Assembly: GCA_046563655.1 (NCBI GenBank)
Contig: CM102287.1
Location: 5,456,001-5,520,000, forward strand
Reading direction: 5' to 3'
DNA from: Yuukianura sp. NJ FZ-2021
Taxonomy: Eukaryota
Length of the DNA: 64,000 nucleotides
Position numbers and translations under genes: made by a program. This document shows positions 38,501-51,200 of the stretch, piece by piece. Position 1 is the first letter of the stretch; each line of letters starts with the position of its first letter. The notes under the pieces are model-generated. The model worked only from the letters and a program-made list of their open reading frames with translations. It was not told the origin of the DNA and ran no database searches.

Positions 38501-40961
38501 CAAAATTGAAACCTTATTCAAAAAATCTGCTCAGATTCAAAAGTGACATTTCTACTCTTGTCCAGAGGGGGTTGTGTAGTGTTAATTATTTTTAGAAATG
38601 AACAAGGTCCTTCATTAACACCCAAACCCTCACAAAAGGCAACACTCTTTGCAACTCTAAGCGTCATTGACTACTGTGTACTGTGTTTAGAATCGGATGG
38701 ACATCTGCTCTTAGCATCCGAATCCAGAAGCTTTTCTCTCCCCTGGACATGGACCCATTCACCGTTGAATTTTTGAAATGAATGAAACCTAACCGCACAA
38801 AAAGCACGTACTATCCGGACTTTTCAATTCTTCAAAAAGGCAAACACTCAGTGTCAATGTGGGTTCCCTTTGTGGTTGTTGCGAATGTCAACTTTTGGCT
38901 TGTCTAAAAATGGCTTTCAAAAACTTAGCGCGTGTTTTGTGTTTGGATAACTTCAAATCCGTTCGAAGTTACTTTTTCCACCGAGGCAATGAGAGGCAGA
39001 CGGTGTCTCAGGTTATTGTGTATCAAACGTACGATTAGTGCCAATTTTTTGTTAAATTATTTTTAGGATTCTTCAATTTTGCTTTCTTTTTAAATAGCGG
39101 TCGCTATTTTGGAGAAAGTCAAATACAGAAGCAACTTCATAGCCACTTAGCAGCCGTACTTGACGATTTGACTCAATTCTTTGCCATTATTTCCACCGCT
39201 TGACAGAGACTGATTCTTTATTCAGGCAGCGTCTCCGCAAACCGACACCTTGGCCTTCTCGGTCCACAATGCACAACAAAGGGGCCCTTAGCCACATGGC
39301 ACGGAGCCCTTGTTATGATAATGATACACAAACACACACGCTCCAACTTATCCTTCCTTCCCATCAATCTCTACAAGAATAGAGTAAAAACGACGTTTCG
39401 GAAGTCATAACCCACTGACATAACACCGTTAACTGGCTTTCTCTTTTGAATCACTAAAAAAATAACCTACGGAGCGAGTATCTCTAAAAAAAAGTGTTAA
39501 ACAAAAGAATAACTTTTGATTTTAACATTTATAAATACCGAACAGCGTAATTTTATACAATATTCCACATCTTAAGAAAATGCTACACAACGGGATAAAT
39601 TTTGAAGCCAAGTTTAAAAATAGAAGGTTTTGAGTTCCTGTCTTAAGATTAAAAGAGGTAACTTTTTGAAATACAAAACCAAAGATTTGAATTTTCAAAA
39701 TTTTGAAATCACCCTATGCTAAAAACAGATCGTGCCGGATTTGGGTGGTGCTGGCGCGGAAGTGAGCACTGGAGTGAAGCCGCAGTGAATTCACGCCTTT
39801 TGCCATATGCTTAACTACCCGAAGCAAGCCAAGCTTCCGCGAAAGGGCCCAGGGACCCTTCCCCGTGACACTTTTGAATTTAAGGCTATGAAATATGGCT
39901 TTTTAGCAAGTCGGGGACACAGAGCAGCCCTTAAGTCCCTATGAGCTAATCCCTTACAAAAGAATCATCTGCTGGACAAGGGCCCCCTTTCACTTGTCAC
40001 ACTCATCCGCAGATGCATCTTTCTAATGAATTGCATTCAACCTCCTCATTTACAAATCCCCTTCTCTCCATTTCAGTTTCCAAATCCGCATTGGGTCAAA
40101 AGTCAAATTCCAAATTTTAAAAAATCCTCAAATTTACAGCAATGTACTGTGCATAATATTTCAAGTCAATTTTAAAAATAAGTTTCTTTTGCGAAAAAAA
40201 AACCGCTTCACCTAGAAGAGACAAAATCCAATTGTCTACTAAAATTTTGGAAGCACGAATACGGGAGCTACGACATGCGTTGGGCTTAAATTAATTCTAA
40301 AAGCAAATCACTTGAACTTATTCATGACTGTTCTCTATTGATTTAATTCAATTTGAAAACTTGATAAATGTCCTTCAGAACAAACAACCGTAGAAGGAAC
40401 CCAGCCGAGCCTATTTGCATCACATTGAGTCTAAAGGGAGTCACCCGGACCAATTGACTTGAAACTATCCAGTGAACTTGATTATGTCCCTTTAAATCAC
40501 CGGGTTGGAGCAGACGTAAATCTCCAGCTACAGTGCAGACGAACTTGAACCAGATGTGGTAATGTAAATGTTGTCTGCCTCAGTCCGTGAAAAAGAGAAA
40601 AGAGCTCAAGTGGACTTCTTTTTAGGCTAAAGTTAGGAAAACGTTTGAAGTATTTCTAAACTAAGCTATAATCCTAAATTCAAAAATTTGAAGGCTAAAG
40701 AATTCGTTTTTGCAGTGTTTTGATAAAATTGGCTCTTGCTAAAGTAATAATAATGAAATAGTAGCTTTACTAAATTTTATTTGTTTAAAATTGCATTCTC
40801 CTACTCTGTAGGTACGTCATTTAATGAAATTGTGTTCTTAAACCGGAGTTTAATCTTCTAAGGAAAAAAAAACCTAAACCACTTTTCTCCAAGTAAAATT
40901 CTAACGTTTTCTGAGAAAAAGAAAGCTTTCACTTTCTGGTTCCACAGAACGTTGGGACAGC

Positions 40962-42355
40962 TCAAAATGCCAATAACAAATTGATAATGTTTCCAGTGAT
41001 GATGTCTCCAAATAGTTGAAGAACAAACTCCTGACTTTGTAGAACAAACATTCCAACACTTATCTGCAGTGACCGTATTGCATCACAAGTCAAGTCCAGT
41101 TCTGCACAGCGGTTGGGAAGAAATTTAGCAGTGGTCCGCAAAGTTGAAATGGTGACGCTAGATCTTGATCTTAGCCTAACAATAAATTTGATGATGCACC
41201 ATTCGAACATTACGCTAAGCATAATTATTGCACCAAACACAACTAGGATCAAATAGCTCGTTCCGTAATACCTGACTAGTATAAAGCTTAGGTATATTAT
41301 GCATGCTGTGAGTTGAACATGTAAAAACCCCAACAGATATGAGAATGATTCATTGAATAGTTTGGTGTAAATGGAAAATTGGTTATAGGTTTGTATGCTC
41401 TCCAAAAGTTTTGCGATTTCCGTTTTTGGATTGGTTCTGCAAAATCAAAATCTTCATTTTGTGTGATTTGATTTTAAAATAAAAATAAAAAAGAAATCAC
41501 CAATAATTTGTGTACTACAAACCATAGGTTACATACCCGAGATGCGATACGACATTAGTGGCGGAATTAATGTAAAGGATCGTGCAAAAAACAAAGTAGC
41601 AGATTAAAGTTGCACCGTTTACACAACCAAACATAGCCCAAGATGACCATACGAATTTGAGCAAATACATTTGCCAACTGTTGTGCTCATGCGCTATGAA
41701 AACGTACAGAATTCTTGTAGCAGCTCGTCCAATTGGTTGATCAGTGGCCATAAAAGAAAAACCGAAGGGAAATGAGCAGAAAATGCCGGGAAGTCCGAAG
41801 TAGTAGCATAGTTTGAAAAAAAATTCCAAGCCGTCCTTCTGCACATCATACTCCTGCTTTGTTTCTAAAACACCAATAAACATAGTAATAATAAACTGAC
41901 CAAGATTTATGCATAAAATATATACGAAGTACATAATGTACATTTGATAAAGCATGAAAATACTGTACTTCAACAATCAACTTTAGAAATTTACTTTGAA
42001 TTGAATCAAAGTTGAAGTAGGAGTTGATGAAGCTGTTGATCTGCAATTCGCGCTTAATAAAAAGCAATTTGAAGAGCAAGACGTATTGGACTAAGAACAA
42101 CTTAGAGCAGACGAACACTGCAACAGTCAAATTCCATTTGTCCAAAGCATCTTCCAAAGCTACAGAAAATAGGACAATTAACGTCATTAGTCCCGAAATT
42201 CCTGCAACATCGCCGATTAGTAGATTTGTCCATGACTTCTTTCCTTGTTCAAAAAATGGATTAAGTTTCTTCGTGCTATCAATTCGAATTGATTGAAGAT
42301 ATGAAGCCAGTTTGATATATTTTTTAAAATATTGCAGGGACGTTCTTGATATCAT
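40962..42355 (-). CDS. Multi-TM chemoreceptor, gustatory/odorant receptor superfamily-like (3 exons: 42355-41995, 41864-41537, 41436-40962; 387 aa)
   Basis: Three hydrophobic ORF segments join in frame through GT-AG introns (caaa|GTAAAT...ttttAG phase 1; ctcgg|GTATGT...tgcAG phase 2), giving 1164 nt. Several TM-like segments, about 390 aa, and the C-terminus ...SLQISVGMFVL...GDIITGNIINLLLAF resemble the divergent arthropod 7TM GR/OR-type C-terminal pattern. Confidence 0.85.
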
Positions 42356-42683
42356 AGTTGTTTGAAATGTTACCCTAGTAAATTTCAAATAAAGAGAAAA
42401 TGAAGCAGTTTTTTTTTGGCACAAATTGCCACAGTCAAAATAGAAAATACAATAAGACAGGATTTTTAGAAATGTGAATGGTTTTACAAAGTTAAGTTTA
42501 AACTCAGGGATGGGAATGAATTCAAGGGTAGTCCGACAGGAAAATTCCGTTGAAACAGTAAATAAATAAAATTCATTTGACAACTTTGGGAAACAATCTT
42601 GATTTAAGTGAAAGAGATTAAAAGAAGGAACAGAACATATAGTGAAACCGAGGAAACCATGGGTGTATAGGATTAGGATTACA

Positions 42684-42983
42684 CAGGGCGTGTAAATTCG
42701 GTCCATTTTTTGAAAGTCCGGGACTTCGAACACATGCGAACTTTTGAGTCCGAAAAGTCCGGACGGGTGCTGTCCTGCTCCTGGCATGAACTTCGCCTTA
42801 CTAAAAACATGTCATACTTACTGCAGTATGCGTTTGTAGCATTTTTTGTACTGGAATTTAGTAGACCATCTCCAATACAGACCAATTTTGAAGTTGGAGT
42901 CCGGATTCGAAGTCAAAGTAAGACCTTAAAGTCCTGTTTCGGAACTAACATTCCAAGCAAAAAATTCGGACAAACATTCCCTA
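42684..42983 (+). mobile_element. Degenerate non-autonomous DNA transposon upstream of the chemoreceptor
   Basis: Starts CAGGGCGTG and shares its terminus with 9709-9745. It has repeated AGTCCG/CGGAC sub-terminal motifs and a possible decayed right TIR (acattcccta, about 42974-42983). No TSD seen. Confidence 0.4.
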
Positions 42984-44253
42984 GACCTATACCTTATCTT
43001 ATGTCCTATGTGACCTTAATTGAAAATTTCAATTTGAAATTCAAATATCGGAAACGTTGATTCAAAAACAAGAAATTGGTTGGCAACCTGAAAATTGAAT
43101 TTCTAATAAACTATGGGCGTTTATAGTTTGTCTAATTTTGGAATACACTTTTTCTTCCTTATTTCCTTTTTCGCTTTCATTGCAATCTTACATGAAAAAA
43201 CAGTTTTTCCATAAGCGTCAGTTTCTGTATTATTAGATCCATTAGGCCCCTGAAATTTTTTCAAATTTGAAATGTGTCTTTTAAAACGAGAAACTATAGT
43301 AATAAGAAAAAACTCCTTTTTTTCATTAAACTTGACTTTAGACTCGACTATTCAACGGGAGTCATTGGATATCGTTTCTTCCCTCTCTGCAGTAGGATTT
43401 GATGTCAATTGTCTTCGAACAAGAGAGGAAATGAGAGAAGAATTTAATTTGCACTTGGAACAAAAACCCTAAAGTCAAATCAAGGAGAAATTAAAGTCCT
43501 TTTGCTTTCACTTCCAATTCAGAGATTCTAAATCTACGATTCTTCTCAATTTATAACTTACTCAACTTCTCCTTCTTCCAAGGGAAATGGAGTATAAAAA
43601 TGTGCCTTTAAAACTAAATCTCTCTCTTACGACTTTCTCTTTTCACAATTCCAGTCTCAATTAACAACGAACTTCCTAGCAACCAAAAATTCGTTTATTT
43701 TAAACTCATTTCTTTTATTCTGAGACCAACTTATACTGAAAGTGAAAAAATAAACCAGTATTTTTCATTAGAAAATCTTAATTTCATTCGATTCAAAGCA
43801 GAAATCTAAAAAAAAAGTATTTGGTAATTTGGGAATTCCTTGAAATCCTGGTTCACAAATCCCTTGACTTGGCTCTCAGTTGGAGCGTGCAGGAATGACT
43901 CTGGAGTAATTAGCACCTTCATAACAATGAAAGTGGAAAGTGTAATTGAGAAAGAAGGGAGTGTTGACATCAGTTACCGGGCGACAACTACCCAATTTGT
44001 ATGCGACAGAATATTCTAGAATCTGGAAACAGCCAAAACTAGTTTCTAGAAAACGAGTTTTTAGAAAATAGACCTTTTGAACCTCCGAGTCCTTGAGCTA
44101 CTAATTCCCAAATTAGTTTCTCTGTGAAGCAACTAGAGTCCAATTGGAACAGAGTGCTTTACTCAATCCTGCGTCCTCCAATGGTAATTGCCCATTAATT
44201 TAATTTTAACGAGAACTACAACGTAGGGAGAAAGTGACTTCTGAGAAGACTAA

Positions 44254-44260
44254 TATAAAA
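44254..44260 (+). promoter_or_regulatory. TATA box of the lectin-like gene
   Basis: TATAAAA about 115 nt upstream of the ATG at 44370. Confidence 0.6.
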
Positions 44261-44369
44261 AGGACTCCAGTGTTCAGAATTTTCAAAACCGAGACAGGTT
44301 CATATTTCGACCACAAATCAATAATTTTCTCAAAGTTTCTAGATTTTTGAACAAAACTAAATTTTCAAA

Positions 44370-45205
44370 ATGCAGTTTTCGGTTTTACTTTGTTTGACCC
44401 TATTAGTGGCTTTGGCTGCGACACAATCTCCACCGGCCCAACCAGCGACAACCACTCCAGTCCTCGGTCCAATGCTCATGTCCGGCGCTGTTTACCAAAT
44501 TTTAAACAAATTCGATGCGGGAGTAAGTTCAAACCAATCAGTTGATTTGTTTGCGTTTGAATTTTTAAACATTTCAAAATTTCAGGCTCTCACAGTAGAT
44601 GACCGCTCGATAGAAAGCGTTTTGGTATTTTTGAGAGAGTACAACGCAACTGCCGGCCAGAAGTGGAGACTCACATCCTGTAATTTTGAAAACGATTTTT
44701 TTTGTTCAAAAGAAACAGTTTTGACAAACTTGTGTTCTGTTTGTTTGAAAATAGCAATTGGTGATTCATTCTACTTGAGTCCTACTTCAAACGAAAGAGC
44801 TGCTTTGGATTTGGATCGCAACACCCTTGGGATCTGGGGAAGGGTAAGTCAATCAAAGTTTTCAAATCTCGAAAAGTGCCTTACATCACCAAAATTTCAA
44901 GTGTTAAAAAATCAAAACCTGTCAAAATCCGTACACTTTCAGCTCTTTTCCTTTGGAAGTCAGAAGCGTTGGTACATGATTTGGATGGGGGAGGGATTCT
45001 ACCAAATCAAAAATTCACATACACCTGACTTGTGCCTCACAACACAAGGGTAAGTGACGCGTCACTCAAATATCAAGTTTTCACACCTCCAAAAACACTT
45101 CATTAACAAGCCTTCTCTAATTACTTTTTCAGTCTTGACAAGTTGGTGGGCGTAGCTGATTGTGAAAACAGTCCATCACAACAATGGATTTTCAACATGC
45201 TGTAG
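44370..45205 (+). CDS. Secreted ricin-B (R-type, beta-trefoil) lectin-like protein (5 exons: 44370-44522, 44586-44679, 44755-44843, 44943-45049, 45133-45205; 171 aa)
   Basis: Signal peptide MQFSVLLCLTLLVALAA, then a P/T-rich linker. QxW-type repeats (GQKW, SQKRW, SQQW) and the motif GFYQIKNS..DLCLT...VGVADCENSPSQQW. Four canonical introns (GTAAGT/GTAATT...AG) splice in frame to a TAG at 45203-45205. AATAAA at 45251. Confidence 0.88.
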
Positions 45206-48200
45206 AAGATTAAAATCAACATCATTTTTAGTCATCGAAATATTCTTATAAATAAAAATCTTCGAAAAATTTTTAACCACAAGACTCTTGTAAGCTGCCG
45301 CTCCTTTCTAACAGTTTACCCATATTTTCAAAAATGTAATATTTTAGAATTTTCTAAAAGTAAACCTATCACCCGCGATCCCCATCACTCCGAAAACTAC
45401 TAAATTTTGAAACCCATTATTTCTAAACCCGTTTTTTATATAAAAGTTTGAAGGAGCAAATCCCCTTTACAATTTTGACAGTTTGGAAGCCACCATTTAA
45501 GCTAATCTTGCTTTCTCCTGGCATCCCGCCCCTGTCACTCCTTCTCTGCCTTGTGTCTGTGTAGTATATTGCAATTCCTTTTCTGATCCAAAAATGCTTC
45601 ACTTTGCATCTTAATGCCTCCTCTGTTCGTAGGCAGAATGATCCTCTTGAGGATTTTTCCTCTTCTGCCTCCAGAATATGATTATGCCTGTCAGTCTATA
45701 AATATGAAATGTGGAGAAAGTGGAAAACTTTCTTTCTCAAAATAGAAAACGAAAAGAAATAACAGTAGTGAGAATGACACTATTGGATTTGACATATGAG
45801 ATGAGCGGATGGGGAGGTTGGGCTCTCTGCATGCCCTTTTTCGTTATAAAATAAGAACAAGAAAAAGAGAAAGTTAGTGCCAGTTTCTTCTACAAAATAC
45901 TTTCAGTTTCCAACACTCTTCATTTGTTACAATGGGGTCAATTTAGAACAAAAAGCCTGTTAGGTTATGTTCTACGTGAGGTTACGTTAGTTTATGCTCT
46001 GTTAGGTTACATTATGTTTTAAACTAAGGAATTGGCAACCAAAAGACGTTCCATTCCTTTATGAATATTTTGCATTTATTTCTTCCTTTCTCGAATTGCT
46101 TCAAACCCTCCACGCCCCTCAGAGCTTCCAGTAAGAACAAGCACGCACTTTTCATAAACTTTCATCTAAAGTTCATACTTTGGTCCCGCCGGTTTCATTT
46201 GAATTTGAGAGCACAGCTCCTCTCTTGAATTTTAGTTTCCTAATATTTCCAACTTGAACTTTAAGAAAAGTTTCAAAGACGACCAAGGAAGTTCCAATTG
46301 GAGGACGAGAGAGGAGAGAGGTGAAAGTCAAAGCATCATAATGTTAATGTTGGGTCGTAGCAGTGTAAGTATAAGGCAGAAATTAAGAAGTTGAAAGTGC
46401 GGAGTGAAAGTGGGAACAGGTGAAAGTGGCACCTAATCAAATATTCTGAGGCATGCGGCCTACAAAGGGGTCCAATTAGGCCTGAAACTGTTAGGTTAGG
46501 TTAGCTCAGTTCGGGAAACGAGGGAATTAGTGGCAGGGAACGGCCCTTTGAACCAACTTATTTCATCGCTTCTTTTATAACTCGCAAGTTTCCCCCCTTG
46601 TTAGACTTGCTACTACACACAATCTACACAATCTGGTAAACTGTAACAAAATCTGCATCAAAAACACCAACAACGACAGCTAAACTCAAAATACTAAATG
46701 AAAAACGTCAATGCCATAAAAAACTAAAATATTTCTTTATTGCATCGTTTAGACTGCTAAGGCCAGGTCGAAAAGATTGCAAGAACGTTTTTACGTAAAC
46801 ACATGTTGACCTGTTTTGTGTTGGTCTCTTTGTGTTTACACTTTTGATGTCTACCTTTCTTTATTCCATGTGATGTGATGTTGCAAAAGTGGTTCCTCGT
46901 TCCTGTGAACTTCTAGAAGAGGTCAGAGATTAAGAAAGTTGGACTTTCTCTTTGAAAATTGTGAATCAGATATTTCATATTATACAGCAGAGGAAGAAAG
47001 TGGAGAAATCCTTTGAAAGTCTACAAATTATCCCATTACTATTCCAGAAGTGTGAAATTTCAGCCTTGCTCTCTCTCTGGAGACTTCAGAAGAAAACCTA
47101 TCTTCCACCTCTGCTTTGACTTTACACACAATTTTTATGTCTCAACTTTTTCCAAGCACTTCTAACACTTTCTTCCGTTACTAGCTCATCTCACTCTTTG
47201 AAAATCGCTGAAATTTTGTCTCATTCAGACTTTATGAAGTTATTAGCCGAATTGGTCCTATTGAACACTCCCAGAAGTGTCCCATCCTCCAATACCTAAC
47301 AAGTTTTGAAATTCTTTTCAAAAATTTCGAATTCAAAGTCAAGTAAAGCTTTACCTAGGCACAAGAAAAACCATAGAAACACAAAATCCGTTACTGGACA
47401 GCCCAATTTCGGATTCAATCTTGTAAAAACCGAAAAACCGTGAAAATGTCTGAAGTCTGTTTTTTTCTTTTTTTTTTCCTTTTTAGGAAGAGAAAGTGCG
47501 AAATGAAGAGCAAAGACTTCACACAGAAAGAGGTACAATCGCCTATAGGTTTTTCGGTTTTTGTACTAAAAACGGTGAATTTGTATGCATGAGTGGTCCT
47601 TTTGGCCTGTTCAGACTCAATCCTCCTCTTCCCGCCCTGGTCCTTTGCTCATTCCCAATTCCTTCAAGTACGTACTTTCCATGTCTCACATAAAGTCCTC
47701 CCTTCATTTCCTATAGCTAAGGCTCCTCAAAGTCCCAGAGTCTCTGAAGTAAAAGCCTAAAAAGCCTTGGTGCCAAAGGATTCAGTGAAGAAAGGAAAAG
47801 CAGAGGAGAAAGCAATAATATTATCCCTTCCCACCCAAAAACCTTCCGGATCTTCCCAATTGAACTAAAAACCAAGATTACTTCTTGTCATTCAACAGCT
47901 CAAACGCTGGAGCAAAAGCAGTGTTGAAGCGCTTTTGTTCAAAATGTTCGAAATTTTGAATTTTCATTTTCATCAGGCAGGATTAGTCGCTCCCAGACGC
48001 AATCTCTCTTGAGAATAAAGGAGAAGAGCCTCAAAATTATCAAAACATTTTCAAATTTCTAATATGTCGTTTCAAATTCCTTACTAATATTTTAAAACTG
48101 ACAGGAATACGAAGCAGAAATTTTGAAGATTTACGTTCAAATTGTCATTTTGTTATGATTGAACGTTGATTGGAAAATATTTTAGCGTTGGTGCATGAAT

Positions 48201-51200
48201 CTACCATTATTTGCGGAGTTCAATTGATGCGCCTACCCCATGAATGGAAAGTGGTGAGTGACTTTCACTTTCTGAGCAGAGTAATAACTGGAAGTCAATG
48301 CATATGAAATGAGACGAAAAAAGAAGTTTTTCATGGAAAACGGTTCTCAATCTTCGTCCTTTGAGCCATCAAAGCCTTATACTATTATGGAGAAACCCGC
48401 CGGTTTTTGAATTTCGTCACTCGGAAGATCCGCTGCAGTTACACTTCGGTTGGAGGCAGGATCTATCTAAAAATAAACTGGAGATTGAGATTGCATCACA
48501 AAGATCGTTCAATTTCCAACACTCTTCAATATGCACTTACATCTTTCTCTTTCTGCACTTTTATGATTATGGGCTCAGAATATGCTTCAACAGGAAACTC
48601 TCATCAACTTCAACACTGTGCATCCTCGTGCCAAACCCATCTTTTATCACATCAGATCAACACTTTAGACGCCAAATTTCAAAAATTGGCCACCCTATCT
48701 GCTCCATCATTGTCACCGAAGAGTTCCACTTCCCCTTCTTTCATATTATAGGCTTCTCCGCTTAGCTTAGGCTCTGCTAGTTTAATGTAACATCTAGCTT
48801 TAGTTTCGGTTAAGTTAACTGCCGATGGACAAAATGGTGGTGAGACCTGGACGGAGCTCATATCGAAGAAACGAAGATAATGATTCAACATCCAAACAGC
48901 GTGATTTAGTGGTTAATTTTCGCTTTTCGTCATTTTTTGCCGTAATCTTTCACTTTCTTCTGAGGTTGTTCGTGGTGAAACGTAAGTGAAAGTGTGGGAA
49001 AATGAGCAGATGAGCAAAAGCATGTCATCTGACAACTTCATCACACGTTACCTCAAGGTTCACCTAAGCCATGACGCGGTAAAAGCTTTCTGGAAAAATT
49101 TCTCGCTTCCTGGATACCGAAATCTTGGTTTTCGGAGGGAGTCTATCAAAACACTAAACTCACTCATAATCTCTCTCGTTTCTTTCATCTTTCATACCAA
49201 TTCAACTAGAAAGTGAAATTTTTGGAATCTTTAGTTTTCTCCGGTGAAAGCAATTTTACTCAAATTTTTTGGCCGAAAATATGTTCATTCAAAATTTTTT
49301 AGAAATACTTCCCCTGAATTGTTTTTTTTTTCCTTGAAAATTGACAAACTTTTCAGTTTCAGTTTTTAGTAATTGTAACTCGGGTTAACTTTTATGAAGA
49401 GTAGACTGGAAGAAGTAATAACCAAGGCTTACCTCCTCCAGTCCATTAAGCAAAAAACACTCATTCAATCTGATTTGTTTATCGAAATACGGACGACCTC
49501 CGTAGGGTGATAACATTCAGATTATCATAATGTGTGTTTGCTCAGAAAGGACAAAAAATAACGCTGTTTCTAAAGGGGTTGATGTTGAAATATTCCATAT
49601 AAGCGAATGCTCAGCGTGAGTCAGTCACCTAAATATAGGTGACTGCTCCCCCCAATAAACATATATATAAGGCTTACCTCAAAATCTTCAAACTTTACAA
49701 ATTTCTGGACGAAGCTATTTCTAAAATATAACCTTTTTGAGGAATTTTTGGAAAAATCGAAATCCAGGAAGACGATAAGCCGTTCCGAGCTCTGTTGACT
49801 TTCCATTAAAGAGTTATGGATTGAGGCTTTCCTAATAGGATCCTATCACGTCTATTGTGTTCTATGATGAATTCGTGGTGAAGGAGGATACGGAGTAAGA
49901 GAGGCAATAAGGAACACCATAATTCCATAAATGATGGGATTTTCAGTTGAATAGACTACTTTCTGAGGAACGCTTCCTCACGTAACATGCTCAGGTTGAG
50001 TCCTTTTCCAGCGATTTCCAGCGACTGTAGGAAGAGAAATGGAAGAACTTAATGATCTGATGTTGGGATTATGTCAGGTAGAAATGGGAGTCATAAGCTC
50101 GTAAACCAAGATCTCTCCAAACAGTCACACCATAACCACATCCCAGGCACAACAGAGTCATGAATCTCCAGAGATAGTTTTATGTTAGGCTAACCGATCG
50201 TAACCCAATGTTGGCCTAACATGAGAACCTAAAAACTGGAACTTTGATCAGAGATGCAAACAAATCCAGTGGCACTTACTGTCCTTACGCGTTAATAAAT
50301 GTCAGGGGATTAGTCATCTCGGAACTTTTATGTACTCCGTTAGGATCAGTGAAATCTAGGAATAGCCTAACCCAAAAGTTATTGCTCAGCATAACCTAAC
50401 CAAAGCTATTACTCATGTCTAAGTTAATAAATGATGTGGAATTGGACAATGGTAATGACTTCCTTGGTTTCCTCATTTCAGAATTGTGTTGGGACTTTGG
50501 AAATAATTCCAATCCATGGAAACTAAATGGGACAAGGCGGACGTGCGGTGACAAATGCTGAAGTGTTTAAGTTTTTGCCATTGTTTCCCTCATCCTTCCT
50601 GCCTATCTGTAACTCCAGTGTCGATTCTATTGTAGATTTCAAAGGATCCACAAACAGGATTCATGGTGAAAGAAAGCGATTTGTGGCTGATAGAAGAGAA
50701 AAACAATTTTCACTCCCGCATAGACCGTTCGAGGCTTCGGTCAATCCAATCTATTGTGAAGAATCAACGTTGTGTCTGTTGCAGAAAAATATGAAGTAAG
50801 ATTAAACAAATACGTTTTCATAAATAGTGCGAAGCACTACTTTTAGTGTGAAGTTTCAGTGTTTTCTTAATTTTGAAACAAATAATTAAATAAACTAAAC
50901 GCAAAAATAAATTTAATTCGGTGGGAGTCCATTGATGAAACTGTTTTTTTAATTTTGGCTTTCCATGGCTGCTTATCACCAAAAATATTTGAAAGTGGAT
51001 GCTTGCACTAGCAAAAATTGATTTCTAGAAAAATGCATCGAAAAAATAGTTTTGCTACGACAAAATTTCCCTGCCGAAAACGTAGGACATGATTTATGAA
51101 AGGTCAGAGTTTAACAAGGCTTATATCCAGCTCAGTTCCCATTGTCCTGCTCAAGTCCAATGAAGGAAAAAGCCAATTTAGGGAGACAATAGTAATAACT

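Noticed and set aside
42356..42787. N-terminal 140-aa extension of ORF 41846..42787
   Set aside because: It runs through AT-rich upstream DNA and a transposon relic. The ATG at 42355 gives a normal-sized receptor.
44370..45053. 227-aa single-exon ORF as the real protein
   Set aside because: It contains three canonical introns and lacks the last QxW repeat, which exon 5 supplies.
48361..48891. Overlapping ORFs of 70-134 aa on both strands
   Set aside because: No recognisable motif or consistent splice structure.
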